A DNA stretch of 64,000 nucleotides from an uncultured bacterium (GTDB lineage: Bacteria; Patescibacteriota; Patescibacteriia; Magasanikbacterales; UBA922). The DNA lies in the NCBI GenBank assembly GCA_937861125.1, contig CALMAY010000038.1, positions 27,942 to 91,941 of the forward strand, in the 5' to 3' direction. The translations under genes and the position numbers were made by a program. Positions 41,227 to 49,082 of this stretch are shown piece by piece. How positions within the stretch are numbered: the first letter of the stretch is position 1; every line of letters begins with the position of its first letter. The notes under the pieces are model-generated. The model was not told the origin of the DNA. It did no database searches and saw only the letters and a program-made list of their open reading frames with translations.

Positions 41227-42303
41227 ATGAATACAAATATTCCACTCGCTACACATCACGGTATTTTTCGTCAGCAAATTTCATTATTTCAAGCAGTGGC
41301 TTTGATTGTCTCTGGTACTGTTGGTGCTGGAATTTTGGGTATTCCATATGCCATCGCACAGGTAGGTTGGTTGCCTGGGTTTTTTAGTATTGTACTTATT
41401 GGGTTGTTGATGATGGGGGTCAATTTATTGATTGCACGTATTGTGATTGGTACAAATCAACAGCTTCATTTTGTCGGGTTGGCAAATAGATATTTAGGTG
41501 CTGTGGGGAAGTATTTGATGTCTGTTATTATGTACGGTATGTTGTTTGGTATTTTGGTTGTCTATATTTTGGGAGTTGGTGAATCGTTAGCTGCATTGTT
41601 TGGTTGGGATCCTCGACTGTGGAGTACAGTATTCTTTTTACTTGGTGCGATCTGTATTTTGTTTGGTCTACGCACGATCAAATCTGTTGAGTTTTTTCTC
41701 AGTCTTGGTATTTTGTGTGTTGTGCTTATTATCTCTGCGACACTTGTTCCAAGTATTGAGACAACTCATTTTGGATTTGTTTCTCTTCATAATGTGTTGG
41801 TACCATATGGTGTGCTGTTATTTGCATTTCATGGAGCAACGAGTCTACCTGAGGTATATAGTCTTGTACAAAACAAAGAAAAGTTTTTTATAGAAGCAGT
41901 AAAGGTTTCATCGGTGATTGTGATTGCTATTTATGCGTTGTTTACTTTTGTGGTACTTGGTGTCACTGGTCCATATACGACAGAGATTGCCACAGTCGGT
42001 CTGGGACAAGCAATCGGTCCTGTCATGCTGGTACTGGGAAATATTTTTGCAGTACTCGCGATGGGGACGAGTTATTTGGTTGCTGGACTTGCATTGCGTG
42101 ACTCATTGACATGGGATATGAACATGTCTCGACCGCTGGCAACCGCAGCGGTGACGTGTATTCCGTATTTGATCTTTTTATTTTTTGCAACCAGTTTTGT
42201 TGGGATGATTGATTTGGTTGGTGGGGTGTTTATGACGTCTGAGATTGTACTTTTGTTGATTATCTATGTGGTGGCGAAGAGGAGAGGGGATGTACATGGA
42301 TAA
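41227..42303 (+). CDS. amino-acid permease (aromatic amino acid/AAAP-like family)
   Basis: SLFQAVALIVSGTVGAGILGIPYAIAQ; about 11 TM helices. Confidence 0.6.
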   Translation: MNTNIPLATHHGIFRQQISLFQAVALIVSGTVGAGILGIPYAIAQVGWLPGFFSIVLIGLLMMGVNLLIARIVIGTNQQLHFVGLANRYLGAVGKYLMSVIMYGMLFGILVVYILGVGESLAALFGWDPRLWSTVFFLLGAICILFGLRTIKSVEFFLSLGILCVVLIISATLVPSIETTHFGFVSLHNVLVPYGVLLFAFHGATSLPEVYSLVQNKEKFFIEAVKVSSVIVIAIYALFTFVVLGVTGPYTTEIATVGLGQAIGPVMLVLGNIFAVLAMGTSYLVAGLALRDSLTWDMNMSRPLATAAVTCIPYLIFLFFATSFVGMIDLVGGVFMTSEIVLLLIIYVVAKRRGDVHG

Positions 42304-42363
42304 AATTGTCTATATTAAAAAGCCGCTTGAATAAAGCGCTTTTTTTTGTTAGTATAGCCATAT

Positions 42364-43161
42364 ATGACTTTTATCCAAGCAATCGTCCTTGGTCTAGTTC
42401 AGGGGCTCACAGAATTTCTTCCAGTATCTAGCTCTGGGCATCTTATTTTTTTTCCGTACCTATTTGGTTGGACCGATCAAGGGGTACTATTTGATTTGAT
42501 ACTGCACATGGGGACACTTGGTGCCGTTGTATTGTTTTATCGTCATAAACTACTCTCGTTGGCTCAAGCAGCTTTTTCATGTCAAAAAGAAAACGAGTCA
42601 GAACGTCGATTGGCTTGGTATATCGCTCTGTCGGTGTTTCCAGCAGGGATTGCAGGCTATTTGATTGAGACCAATGATCGATCTGCAACTATTGTTGGTA
42701 TTTCGCTTATTGTTTGGGGTGTCGTACTGTATGTGGCTGATCGGTATGCACAGCGACGTGCTCGTACAGTAGTGCCAACTGAATTAACACATGTATCTTG
42801 GAAGGATATTGCGACGATGAGTATTGCACAAGCGGTGGCATTGATTCCAGGTACAAGTCGATCGGGGATTACGATGAGTGCTGGATTGTTTCGTGGTTTG
42901 TCCAAAACAGCTGTAGCAGATATTTCATTTCTCATGAGTGTGCCAGTACTTACGATTGCTGGTGCTGTTAAAATTTTTGAGGCAGTGTCACTGGGAACAG
43001 TTGATATACCTATCATGATGCTTGTGACTGGTTTTTTGACATCGTTTACTTCTGGCATGTTTGCGATTTCGTTTTTGTTGAAAATTATTAAAAAGTTTGA
43101 TTTTACACCGTTTGTGGTGTATAGAATTGTTGTGGGGATTTTGATTTTGTGGTTACTGTAG
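42364..43161 (+). CDS. uppP: undecaprenyl-diphosphate phosphatase
   Basis: QGLTEFLPVSSSGHL and PGTSRSGITMSAG. Confidence 0.9.
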   Translation: MTFIQAIVLGLVQGLTEFLPVSSSGHLIFFPYLFGWTDQGVLFDLILHMGTLGAVVLFYRHKLLSLAQAAFSCQKENESERRLAWYIALSVFPAGIAGYLIETNDRSATIVGISLIVWGVVLYVADRYAQRRARTVVPTELTHVSWKDIATMSIAQAVALIPGTSRSGITMSAGLFRGLSKTAVADISFLMSVPVLTIAGAVKIFEAVSLGTVDIPIMMLVTGFLTSFTSGMFAISFLLKIIKKFDFTPFVVYRIVVGILILWLL

Positions 43162-43165
43162 TCGT

Positions 43166-44689
43166 ATGACAGAAAAAGAATTATTTCCAATCATCGCAAC
43201 TCTTGCCGAAAAACTTGATGTAGAAGTATACGCTGTTGGTGGTCATGTGCGTGATCGCTTGCTTGGTATTGAACAAAAAACAGTTGTGGTAGAAGAAAAC
43301 AGAATTATAGCGGCGCAAAAAAAAGATATTATCGAAGGTGGAGATGATGTAGTAGTTGAGACAATTATCAAAAAGCGTGATATTGATTTTGTGGTTGTAC
43401 CTGGAAAGACTGATATTGGTGGTGTTGCGTTTGCGACTGCATTTGATGAGGTGATGGAGCAGTCAGGAAGTTTGGTATTGTTTGAACAATTTAATACCGC
43501 ACGCTATGTATTTGACGATATTGAGATAGAATTTGCTGGTGCACGTAAAGAAGCCTATGACCCATCATCGCGCAAACCGATTGTGGTGAGTGGAACACTC
43601 CTCGAAGATCTGGCTCGACGTGATTTTACCGTCAATGCAATGGCGCAACGTGTGACGAATGATGGTCTTGGTGAGATAGTTGACCCATATGACGGACAGA
43701 AAGATTTAGCAGAAAAAATACTTCGTACACCGCTAGATCCAATGGAAACATTTTCAGAGGATCCACTGCGTATTATGCGTGCAGCGCGCTTTGCTGCACA
43801 ACTCAATTTTAGTATTGAAGCTGCAACGCTCAAGGCGATGTATGATGTGCGTGAACGTCTCTCTATTATCTCAGCTGAGCGTATTGCTGAAGAGTTTTTC
43901 AAATTACTTGGTACAACACAGCCATCCGTCGGGCTTTGGATTCTGTATCAGACACACATCTTTGATCAATTCTTGCCTGAAGTGCCAGCACTGAGCGGAG
44001 TAGAGGAGATCGGTGGTCAGGGACACAAGGACAATCTGACACATACATTCAAAGTGGTGGACAATCTTGCGACACGAACAAACAAACCACTGTTGCGTTA
44101 CGCAGGGCTGATGCATGATATTGGCAAGCCTGAGACCAAGAGTTTTATCAAAGGTCGTGGGTGGGCGTTTGATATGCACGAGCATGTTGGTAAGCGGATT
44201 GTTCATGAAGTTGCTAAACGTTTGAAGATGAGCATCGCGGATACACGCTATGTTGCAAAACTCGTTCGCTGGCATCAACAGCCGATTGCATTGATGGATG
44301 CGACAATTACCGACAGTGCTGTACGGCGTTTGGTTGTCTCACTTGGTGACGAGATTGACGATCTTTTGAAGTTATGTCGCAGCGATATTACCACTGGTAA
44401 TCCAAACAAGCTCGAGAAGCGCTTGAAAAATTACGATGTTCTCGAAAAGAAAATTATTGAAGTGATAGAAAAAGACAAGCTTCGTGCCTTTCAGTCTCCA
44501 CTTCGTGGTGAAGAAATTATGCAGCTCTCAGGACTCAAACCTGGCCCAACGATTGGAAAAATCAAAGAGGCGATTGAGGAGGCGATTCTAGAAGGTGAGA
44601 TTCCAAATGAGTATGAGGCGGCCAAAGCGTATTATGAGAAAATTAAAGATACATATTTGAAAGATGTGAATGATTGGGAAAAAGAATAA
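43166..44689 (+). CDS. cca: CCA-adding enzyme / tRNA nucleotidyltransferase with HD domain
   Basis: YAVGGHVRDRLLG...DIDF, RRDFTVNAMA, DPLRIMRAARFAAQL and HDIGKP. About 30 aa are inserted between GG.VRD and DID. Confidence 0.8.
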   Translation: MTEKELFPIIATLAEKLDVEVYAVGGHVRDRLLGIEQKTVVVEENRIIAAQKKDIIEGGDDVVVETIIKKRDIDFVVVPGKTDIGGVAFATAFDEVMEQSGSLVLFEQFNTARYVFDDIEIEFAGARKEAYDPSSRKPIVVSGTLLEDLARRDFTVNAMAQRVTNDGLGEIVDPYDGQKDLAEKILRTPLDPMETFSEDPLRIMRAARFAAQLNFSIEAATLKAMYDVRERLSIISAERIAEEFFKLLGTTQPSVGLWILYQTHIFDQFLPEVPALSGVEEIGGQGHKDNLTHTFKVVDNLATRTNKPLLRYAGLMHDIGKPETKSFIKGRGWAFDMHEHVGKRIVHEVAKRLKMSIADTRYVAKLVRWHQQPIALMDATITDSAVRRLVVSLGDEIDDLLKLCRSDITTGNPNKLEKRLKNYDVLEKKIIEVIEKDKLRAFQSPLRGEEIMQLSGLKPGPTIGKIKEAIEEAILEGEIPNEYEAAKAYYEKIKDTYLKDVNDWEKE

Positions 44690-44730
44690 GAATAAGATTA
44701 TCAAACAGTATTATCATATCAAATCTTAAT

Positions 44731-44752
44731 TTTTAATCTCAATCTTAGTCTT
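44731..44752. repeat. intergenic motif TTTTAATCTCAATCTTAGTCTT (AATCTN hexamer run)
   Basis: 17/17 identical to 48087..48103; 21/22 over the longer span. Confidence 0.6.
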
Positions 44753-44769
44753 ATTTTTCACATTGCGTC

Positions 44770-44798
44770 TTGCTTCTCACATCAAAATACGCTACACT
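44770..44798 (+). promoter_or_regulatory. promoter TTGCTT-N17-TACACT for yidC
   Basis: -35 at 44770-44775 and -10 at 44793-44798. Confidence 0.5.
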
Positions 44799-44808
44799 AT
44801 ACCTATAT

Positions 44809-45561
44809 ATGCTCGAAACATTTTGGTACACCTTTCTCTACCAACCTACATTTAATGCCTTGATCTGGCTCTATAATCATGGTACCAATGAAAATCTTGG
44901 TGTGGCGATTATTTTGTTAACGTGCATCCTCCGTGTTGGACTACTTCCGTTTAGTGTATTTGAGATTTTTGCAAGAAAAAGAAATGAAACATTGGCTGCT
45001 GAGATTGCAGCGATTCAAAAATCATACAAAAATGATCCCATCATGATGAAAGAGGAAGTGCGACGACATCTGCGTAAAAAACATATCACTCCATGGGCTC
45101 GATTTGTGGTACTTGGGGTCCAGTTGTTGGTACTGTTTCTTTTGTATCAAGTATTTATGCAGGGGGTATCCGGAGAAAGAGTACTTGCTACATTGTACCC
45201 GTTTGTTTCTGTTCCCGGAACGATTAATACAGTCTTTTTTGGATATGATATTGCACAGCGGTATAGTGTATTTTGGCCCGGTCTTATCTTTGCTTGGTTG
45301 TTTACGGAAATTTATTGGGGGTATCACAAAAACAAACAGATTAAAGCCGATGCGTCTGATGTTACGTATCTCTTTTTATTTCCGTTTTTTGTCTTTTTCT
45401 TGCTATACCTCCTTCCGATTGTAAAATCATTATTTGTACTGACATCTATGGTATTTTCATTTGTAACATATCCAGTATTGGAGGCTTGTATTGGATTGTT
45501 TCAAAAAAAGCCAGGAGATGCACATGCAGCGGGCCATGGACATGGTGAAAAACATCACTAA
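44809..45561 (+). CDS. yidC: membrane protein insertase YidC/Oxa1 (short form), His-rich tail
   Basis: Start trimmed to MLETFWY. Also NLGVAIILLTCILRVGLLPFS, a KY..D...M.EE pattern and C-terminus GDAHAAGHGHGEKHH. Confidence 0.75.
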   Translation: MLETFWYTFLYQPTFNALIWLYNHGTNENLGVAIILLTCILRVGLLPFSVFEIFARKRNETLAAEIAAIQKSYKNDPIMMKEEVRRHLRKKHITPWARFVVLGVQLLVLFLLYQVFMQGVSGERVLATLYPFVSVPGTINTVFFGYDIAQRYSVFWPGLIFAWLFTEIYWGYHKNKQIKADASDVTYLFLFPFFVFFLLYLLPIVKSLFVLTSMVFSFVTYPVLEACIGLFQKKPGDAHAAGHGHGEKHH

Positions 45562-45597
45562 TTTTGCTCTATGTAGAAAAAAAGTGTATTTTTGCTC

Positions 45598-45626
45598 TTG
45601 CAAAAAGAGTAAAAATATGTTATGCT
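45598..45626 (+). promoter_or_regulatory. promoter TTGCAA-N17-TATGCT
   Basis: -35 at 45598-45603 and -10 at 45621-45626. Confidence 0.45.
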
Positions 45627-45650
45627 ATCTATCGTATTTAATCCACTTTT

Positions 45651-46244
45651 ATGTCTGATGATTCTATTGATAAGCTGATGTACTCCTTTGTAATGGACGA
45701 CGTCCTCAAAGGTTTTTTTATCAAAGTGCCACCAGGATACGTGGCATGTGTCTACGATCTTGGTCGTGGCGTGCTCAAAAAAGTGCATACTCCAGGACTT
45801 CACTTCAAGATTCCTTTCTGGCAGAAAGCCAAACTTTTTAATACTCAGACGCTTGAATACGGTATTTCTCGCAATTTTACTCTTACTAACGAACGTGCGA
45901 TGGGTGATATTCCAATCGCGGCGGTGACTCAGGATGGCAAGCGTATCGGTGTAGAGGGAACGATTTTACTTCGTTTGGATGTACATCAGATCCCATCTAT
46001 TTGGCAGACTGTCGGTGAGGATTTTGTCGCCAAGATTATCCGTCCTACGGTTCGCAGTCGCATTCGTATGGTTGCTAGCCGCTTTGATATGCAGGAGATG
46101 ATCGGTGCCAAGCGTGATGCAGTGGAGACTGAACTCAAGAATGAGCTGGAACGTATCTTCTACTCTCGTGGTATTTATGTTGAGAATGTGCTCTTGAGTG
46201 AGATCGGTGACATTTCTGAGTACAAGCATACGGCTGGAGAGTAA
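45651..46244 (+). CDS. SPFH/band-7 (prohibitin-like) domain protein
   Basis: GLHFKIPFWQKAKLFNTQTLEY and a typical SPFH core. Confidence 0.7.
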   Translation: MSDDSIDKLMYSFVMDDVLKGFFIKVPPGYVACVYDLGRGVLKKVHTPGLHFKIPFWQKAKLFNTQTLEYGISRNFTLTNERAMGDIPIAAVTQDGKRIGVEGTILLRLDVHQIPSIWQTVGEDFVAKIIRPTVRSRIRMVASRFDMQEMIGAKRDAVETELKNELERIFYSRGIYVENVLLSEIGDISEYKHTAGE

Positions 46245-46283
46245 CGGAGTTTGCGAAGTTGGCTGAGTTTTCTAAGTTGAGAT

Positions 46284-46307
46284 CCCTCGTGAATGCGAGG
46301 GGTTTTT
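46284..46307 (+). terminator. terminator
   Basis: CCCTCG-tgaatg-CGAGGG followed by GTTTTTG. Confidence 0.55.
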
Positions 46308-46309
46308 GT

Positions 46310-46318
46310 TGTGGATAA
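46310..46318 (-). promoter_or_regulatory. perfect DnaA box (TGTGGATAA, the reverse complement of TTATCCACA)
   Basis: Exact 9-mer located 5 bp upstream of the hrcA -35. Confidence 0.4.
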
Positions 46319-46323
46319 CCCCC

Positions 46324-46352
46324 TTGACTTCCTCTTTTATCACTCGTATAAT
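46324..46352 (+). promoter_or_regulatory. promoter TTGACT-N17-TATAAT for hrcA
   Basis: -35 at 46324-46329 and -10 at 46347-46352. Confidence 0.7.
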
Positions 46353-46363
46353 ATGAGTGCTAA
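46337..46363 (+). promoter_or_regulatory. CIRCE operator (HrcA binding site)
   Basis: TTATCACTC-gtataatat-GAGTGCTAA compared with the consensus TTAGCACTC-N9-GAGTGCTAA gives 17/18. It overlaps the -10 and ends 1 nt before the hrcA ATG. Confidence 0.8.
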
Positions 46364-46364
46364 T

Positions 46365-47057
46365 ATGACTATATCAGAACGACAACAACATATTTTACGC
46401 CTCGTGATTGAGGAGTTTATTGCTACTGCTGAGCCGGTTGGGTCTCAGTCTTTGACTGACAATAAAGACCTCGATGTTTCAGCTGCGACGATTCGCAATG
46501 AGCTTCGTGATCTCGAGGATCTAGGCTTTTTGACTCATCCACACACGAGTGCTGGACGTATGCCGACAGAGCAGGGATATCGATACTATGTCGATACACT
46601 TATGAAGCCAAAGGCGCCGAGCAGTGGGGAAGTTGAGGCGATAGCGAGATGCGTGGCGCAGTGTAGCGATGTTGAGCAGGCACAAAAGCAGGTGGCACAG
46701 TATATCGCCACATCACTCCAAGACGCAGTGATTATCGTGCGAGGTCGTGAACGGCTGTACTATACTGGACTTTCGGCGCTCTTTACTCAGCGTGAGTTTC
46801 AAGACTACAGTTATACTATCTCGGTTTCACAGATATTTGATCATTTTGAACAAAACCTTGATCAGATGTATGACTGTATCACTAGTGTGGGTCCACAGAC
46901 CTGTATCGGGAGTCAAAACCCACTTGGGAGTACGACGAGTCTGGTGGGGACGCGGATGGGGGAGAATGATCTGTTTCTCATCTTTGGTCCACTCCGACTC
47001 GATTATGCGCGAGCGGTCGGAACTATTAACTATTTAACACAAGTGCTTTCTCAATAA
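46365..47057 (+). CDS. hrcA: heat-inducible transcription repressor HrcA
   Basis: Start trimmed to MTISERQQHILRLVIEEFIATAEPVGSQSL. The track N-terminal extension would read through the promoter and CIRCE. Confidence 0.85.
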   Translation: MTISERQQHILRLVIEEFIATAEPVGSQSLTDNKDLDVSAATIRNELRDLEDLGFLTHPHTSAGRMPTEQGYRYYVDTLMKPKAPSSGEVEAIARCVAQCSDVEQAQKQVAQYIATSLQDAVIIVRGRERLYYTGLSALFTQREFQDYSYTISVSQIFDHFEQNLDQMYDCITSVGPQTCIGSQNPLGSTTSLVGTRMGENDLFLIFGPLRLDYARAVGTINYLTQVLSQ

Positions 47058-47072
47058 TGTTTTTTATACAAT

Positions 47073-47609
47073 ATGTCTGATGAACAAACACAACAACCTC
47101 TTGATGAGCAGTTGGATCAAGATGGTGTACAGCAATCAGAGGTGCAAGAAGAAATAATGTCAAAACCAACAGAAGAAAATATTGACTACAAAGACAAGTG
47201 GCTCCGTGCGCAGGCGGACTATAGTAATCTGGTCAAAGAAACCAATGCACGTCGAGCTGAGTGGGTCGCATACAGTGAAGCACAGATTCTCGAAGAGTTT
47301 CTTCCTGTATATGATAATTTTTGCAAAGCCTTTGCGCATGAGATAAAAAACGGTGAAAAAGATTTTGAGAGTTGGAAAAAAGGAATTGAGTACATCATGC
47401 AGCAATTTTGGACAGTGCTCAAAAATCACAATATAGAGAAAATTGAGACAAGCGGAAAACAATTTGATCCAAATATGCACGAGGCAGTGGGTCAAGAGAG
47501 TGTAGAGGGGAAACAGGAAGGTGATATTATTCGTGAGGTTGATCCTGGATATAGTATGAGAGGAAAGGTGATCAAGGTGGCGAAGGTGATTACAAATACT
47601 ACACATTAA
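47073..47609 (+). CDS. grpE: nucleotide exchange factor GrpE
   Basis: WLRAQADYSNLVKE, LPVYDNF and FDPNMHEAV. Confidence 0.9.
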   Translation: MSDEQTQQPLDEQLDQDGVQQSEVQEEIMSKPTEENIDYKDKWLRAQADYSNLVKETNARRAEWVAYSEAQILEEFLPVYDNFCKAFAHEIKNGEKDFESWKKGIEYIMQQFWTVLKNHNIEKIETSGKQFDPNMHEAVGQESVEGKQEGDIIREVDPGYSMRGKVIKVAKVITNTTH

Positions 47610-47611
47610 TT

Positions 47612-48082
47612 ATGTTAACTTCTAATTATATGAATATGGCCGAAAGAGGAATTATACATGAGTTTCCCCGTTCTGAGTCTCAGTCTTTTGAGGATTTACA
47701 GTTGTCACTTATTATTGAGGCTACAGATAATGCCCGTGCAAACAATCCAGCATATTCGTATAAGGACAGTATTCGTCAATTGGTTGATGAAGGAAAAATT
47801 GTACGTGCTGATCTTGAAAGGCTTGCTGAAGAGATAGATAAAAAAATAAAAGACCACTCATATTTTGATGATTTATCTGGTGAACAGTTAGAAGCTGTAG
47901 AAGCTGTACGAGATTATCTTGATACTGCAGTATTTGGAACGGGTTCTCTTGGTAAAGAGTTAGATCGCGATGCAGATCCAGGAATAGAGATAATTGGTAG
48001 GCCTGCAGCTACACGTAATAATAGTGACACGGAGCTAGAAATAGATGAGGATCTCGGGCTTGGTGTCAAAGATGCTGCATAA
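47612..48082 (+). CDS. acidic hypothetical protein embedded in the chaperone cluster
   Basis: Track ORF starts 2 nt after the grpE stop. No motif recognised. Lower GC than its neighbours. Confidence 0.45.
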   Translation: MLTSNYMNMAERGIIHEFPRSESQSFEDLQLSLIIEATDNARANNPAYSYKDSIRQLVDEGKIVRADLERLAEEIDKKIKDHSYFDDLSGEQLEAVEAVRDYLDTAVFGTGSLGKELDRDADPGIEIIGRPAATRNNSDTELEIDEDLGLGVKDAA

Positions 48083-48086
48083 AATT

Positions 48087-48108
48087 TTTTAATCTCAATC
48101 TTAATCTT
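48087..48108. repeat. second copy of the TTTTAATCTCAATCTTA motif
   Basis: See 44731..44752. It ends 8 nt before the hsp20 ATG. A related TAATCTTTTATT occurs at 1077..1088. Confidence 0.6.
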
Positions 48109-48116
48109 TTATTCAT

Positions 48117-48560
48117 ATGTCACTCATTCGTTTCTCCCCAATGTGGGACCCATTCTCAGAGATGGAAGAGGTGATGAATCGCCTCCCAGCAACAGTCGGT
48201 CAAAACAGCATGCAGGCATTTGTGCCAGCGGTCAATGTCTATGAGACCAAAGAGGCTGTGGTGGTTGAGTCAGCGCTCGCGGGGATTGACCCAAACAATG
48301 TCGAAGTCAGTGTTGAAAACGGACTCTTGAGTATCTCAGGAGATACAAAAAAAGAACACGAAGTAGAAGAAAAAAACTACTATCGTAAAGAAGTTCGTAG
48401 TGGTAGTTTCCGCCGTCAGATTCCACTTCCTACTGCAGTGGATGAAGAAAAAGTAGAAGCAGTGTTTGAAGATGGAATGCTCAAAATTACTTGTCCAAAA
48501 GTGTCTGTGGTTGAACCAAAAAAGATTAGTGTGAAGGTGGTGAAGAAAGAGAAGAAATAA
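48117..48560 (+). CDS. Hsp20/alpha-crystallin small heat-shock protein
   Basis: P.V.V.E......V....PG........V......L.I.G pattern, SFRRQIPLP and GMLKI. Confidence 0.85.
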   Translation: MSLIRFSPMWDPFSEMEEVMNRLPATVGQNSMQAFVPAVNVYETKEAVVVESALAGIDPNNVEVSVENGLLSISGDTKKEHEVEEKNYYRKEVRSGSFRRQIPLPTAVDEEKVEAVFEDGMLKITCPKVSVVEPKKISVKVVKKEKK

Positions 48561-48568
48561 AATAACGT

Positions 48569-49048
48569 ATGACTATTCGTCCATATCAAGAACAAGATAA
48601 ATCTAGAATTGTACAATTGTTTCAGGATTTTCAGACATATCTTGCTAATTTGGATCCGATGGGGTTAATTCAGGTGGATCCGCGGTATGGATCATTGAAA
48701 GTACAAGAGTTGATAACACAATTGAACGAAGAGAATATATTTCTTGTCGCTCAAGAAGATAGTATCGTAATAGGATGTGTTCTTGTTTCTATATATACGA
48801 CAAATGATATTGAAAAAATCGAATGGTCTGTAGAAAAGTATGGTGAAATAAAGGAGTTGTTTGTGGACGTGGAGTATCGTGCAAAAGGAGTTGGAAAAAA
48901 ACTCGTTGAGGCAGCGGAACAATATGTAAAAGAAAAAGGATGTGGTGCGATGTTTATCGAAGTATTCTTGCCAAATACATCAGCAAAACAGTTTTACGAA
49001 AAGCTTGGTTATGAAGATAGAAGTGTAGAAATGATGAAATTACTTTAA
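48569..49048 (+). CDS. GNAT-family N-acetyltransferase
   Basis: ELFVDVEYRAKGVGKKLVEAAEQYVKEKG is the R/Q-x-x-G-x-G/A acetyl-CoA motif. Confidence 0.75.
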   Translation: MTIRPYQEQDKSRIVQLFQDFQTYLANLDPMGLIQVDPRYGSLKVQELITQLNEENIFLVAQEDSIVIGCVLVSIYTTNDIEKIEWSVEKYGEIKELFVDVEYRAKGVGKKLVEAAEQYVKEKGCGAMFIEVFLPNTSAKQFYEKLGYEDRSVEMMKLL

Positions 49049-49082
49049 AAATTAGTATTTACTAATTACAAATTATTAATAT

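Noticed and set aside
46293-46364. Longer N-termini offered by the ORF track: hrcA 46293, tpiA 21681, GT4 12679, ABC ATPase 26838, mutM 24525, bcp 24557, ABC-F 36434, SnoaL 17424 and regulator 7671
   Set aside because: The extensions overlap upstream genes, promoters or CIRCE. They are non-conserved, several start on non-ATG codons, and canonical family N-termini begin at the internal ATG.
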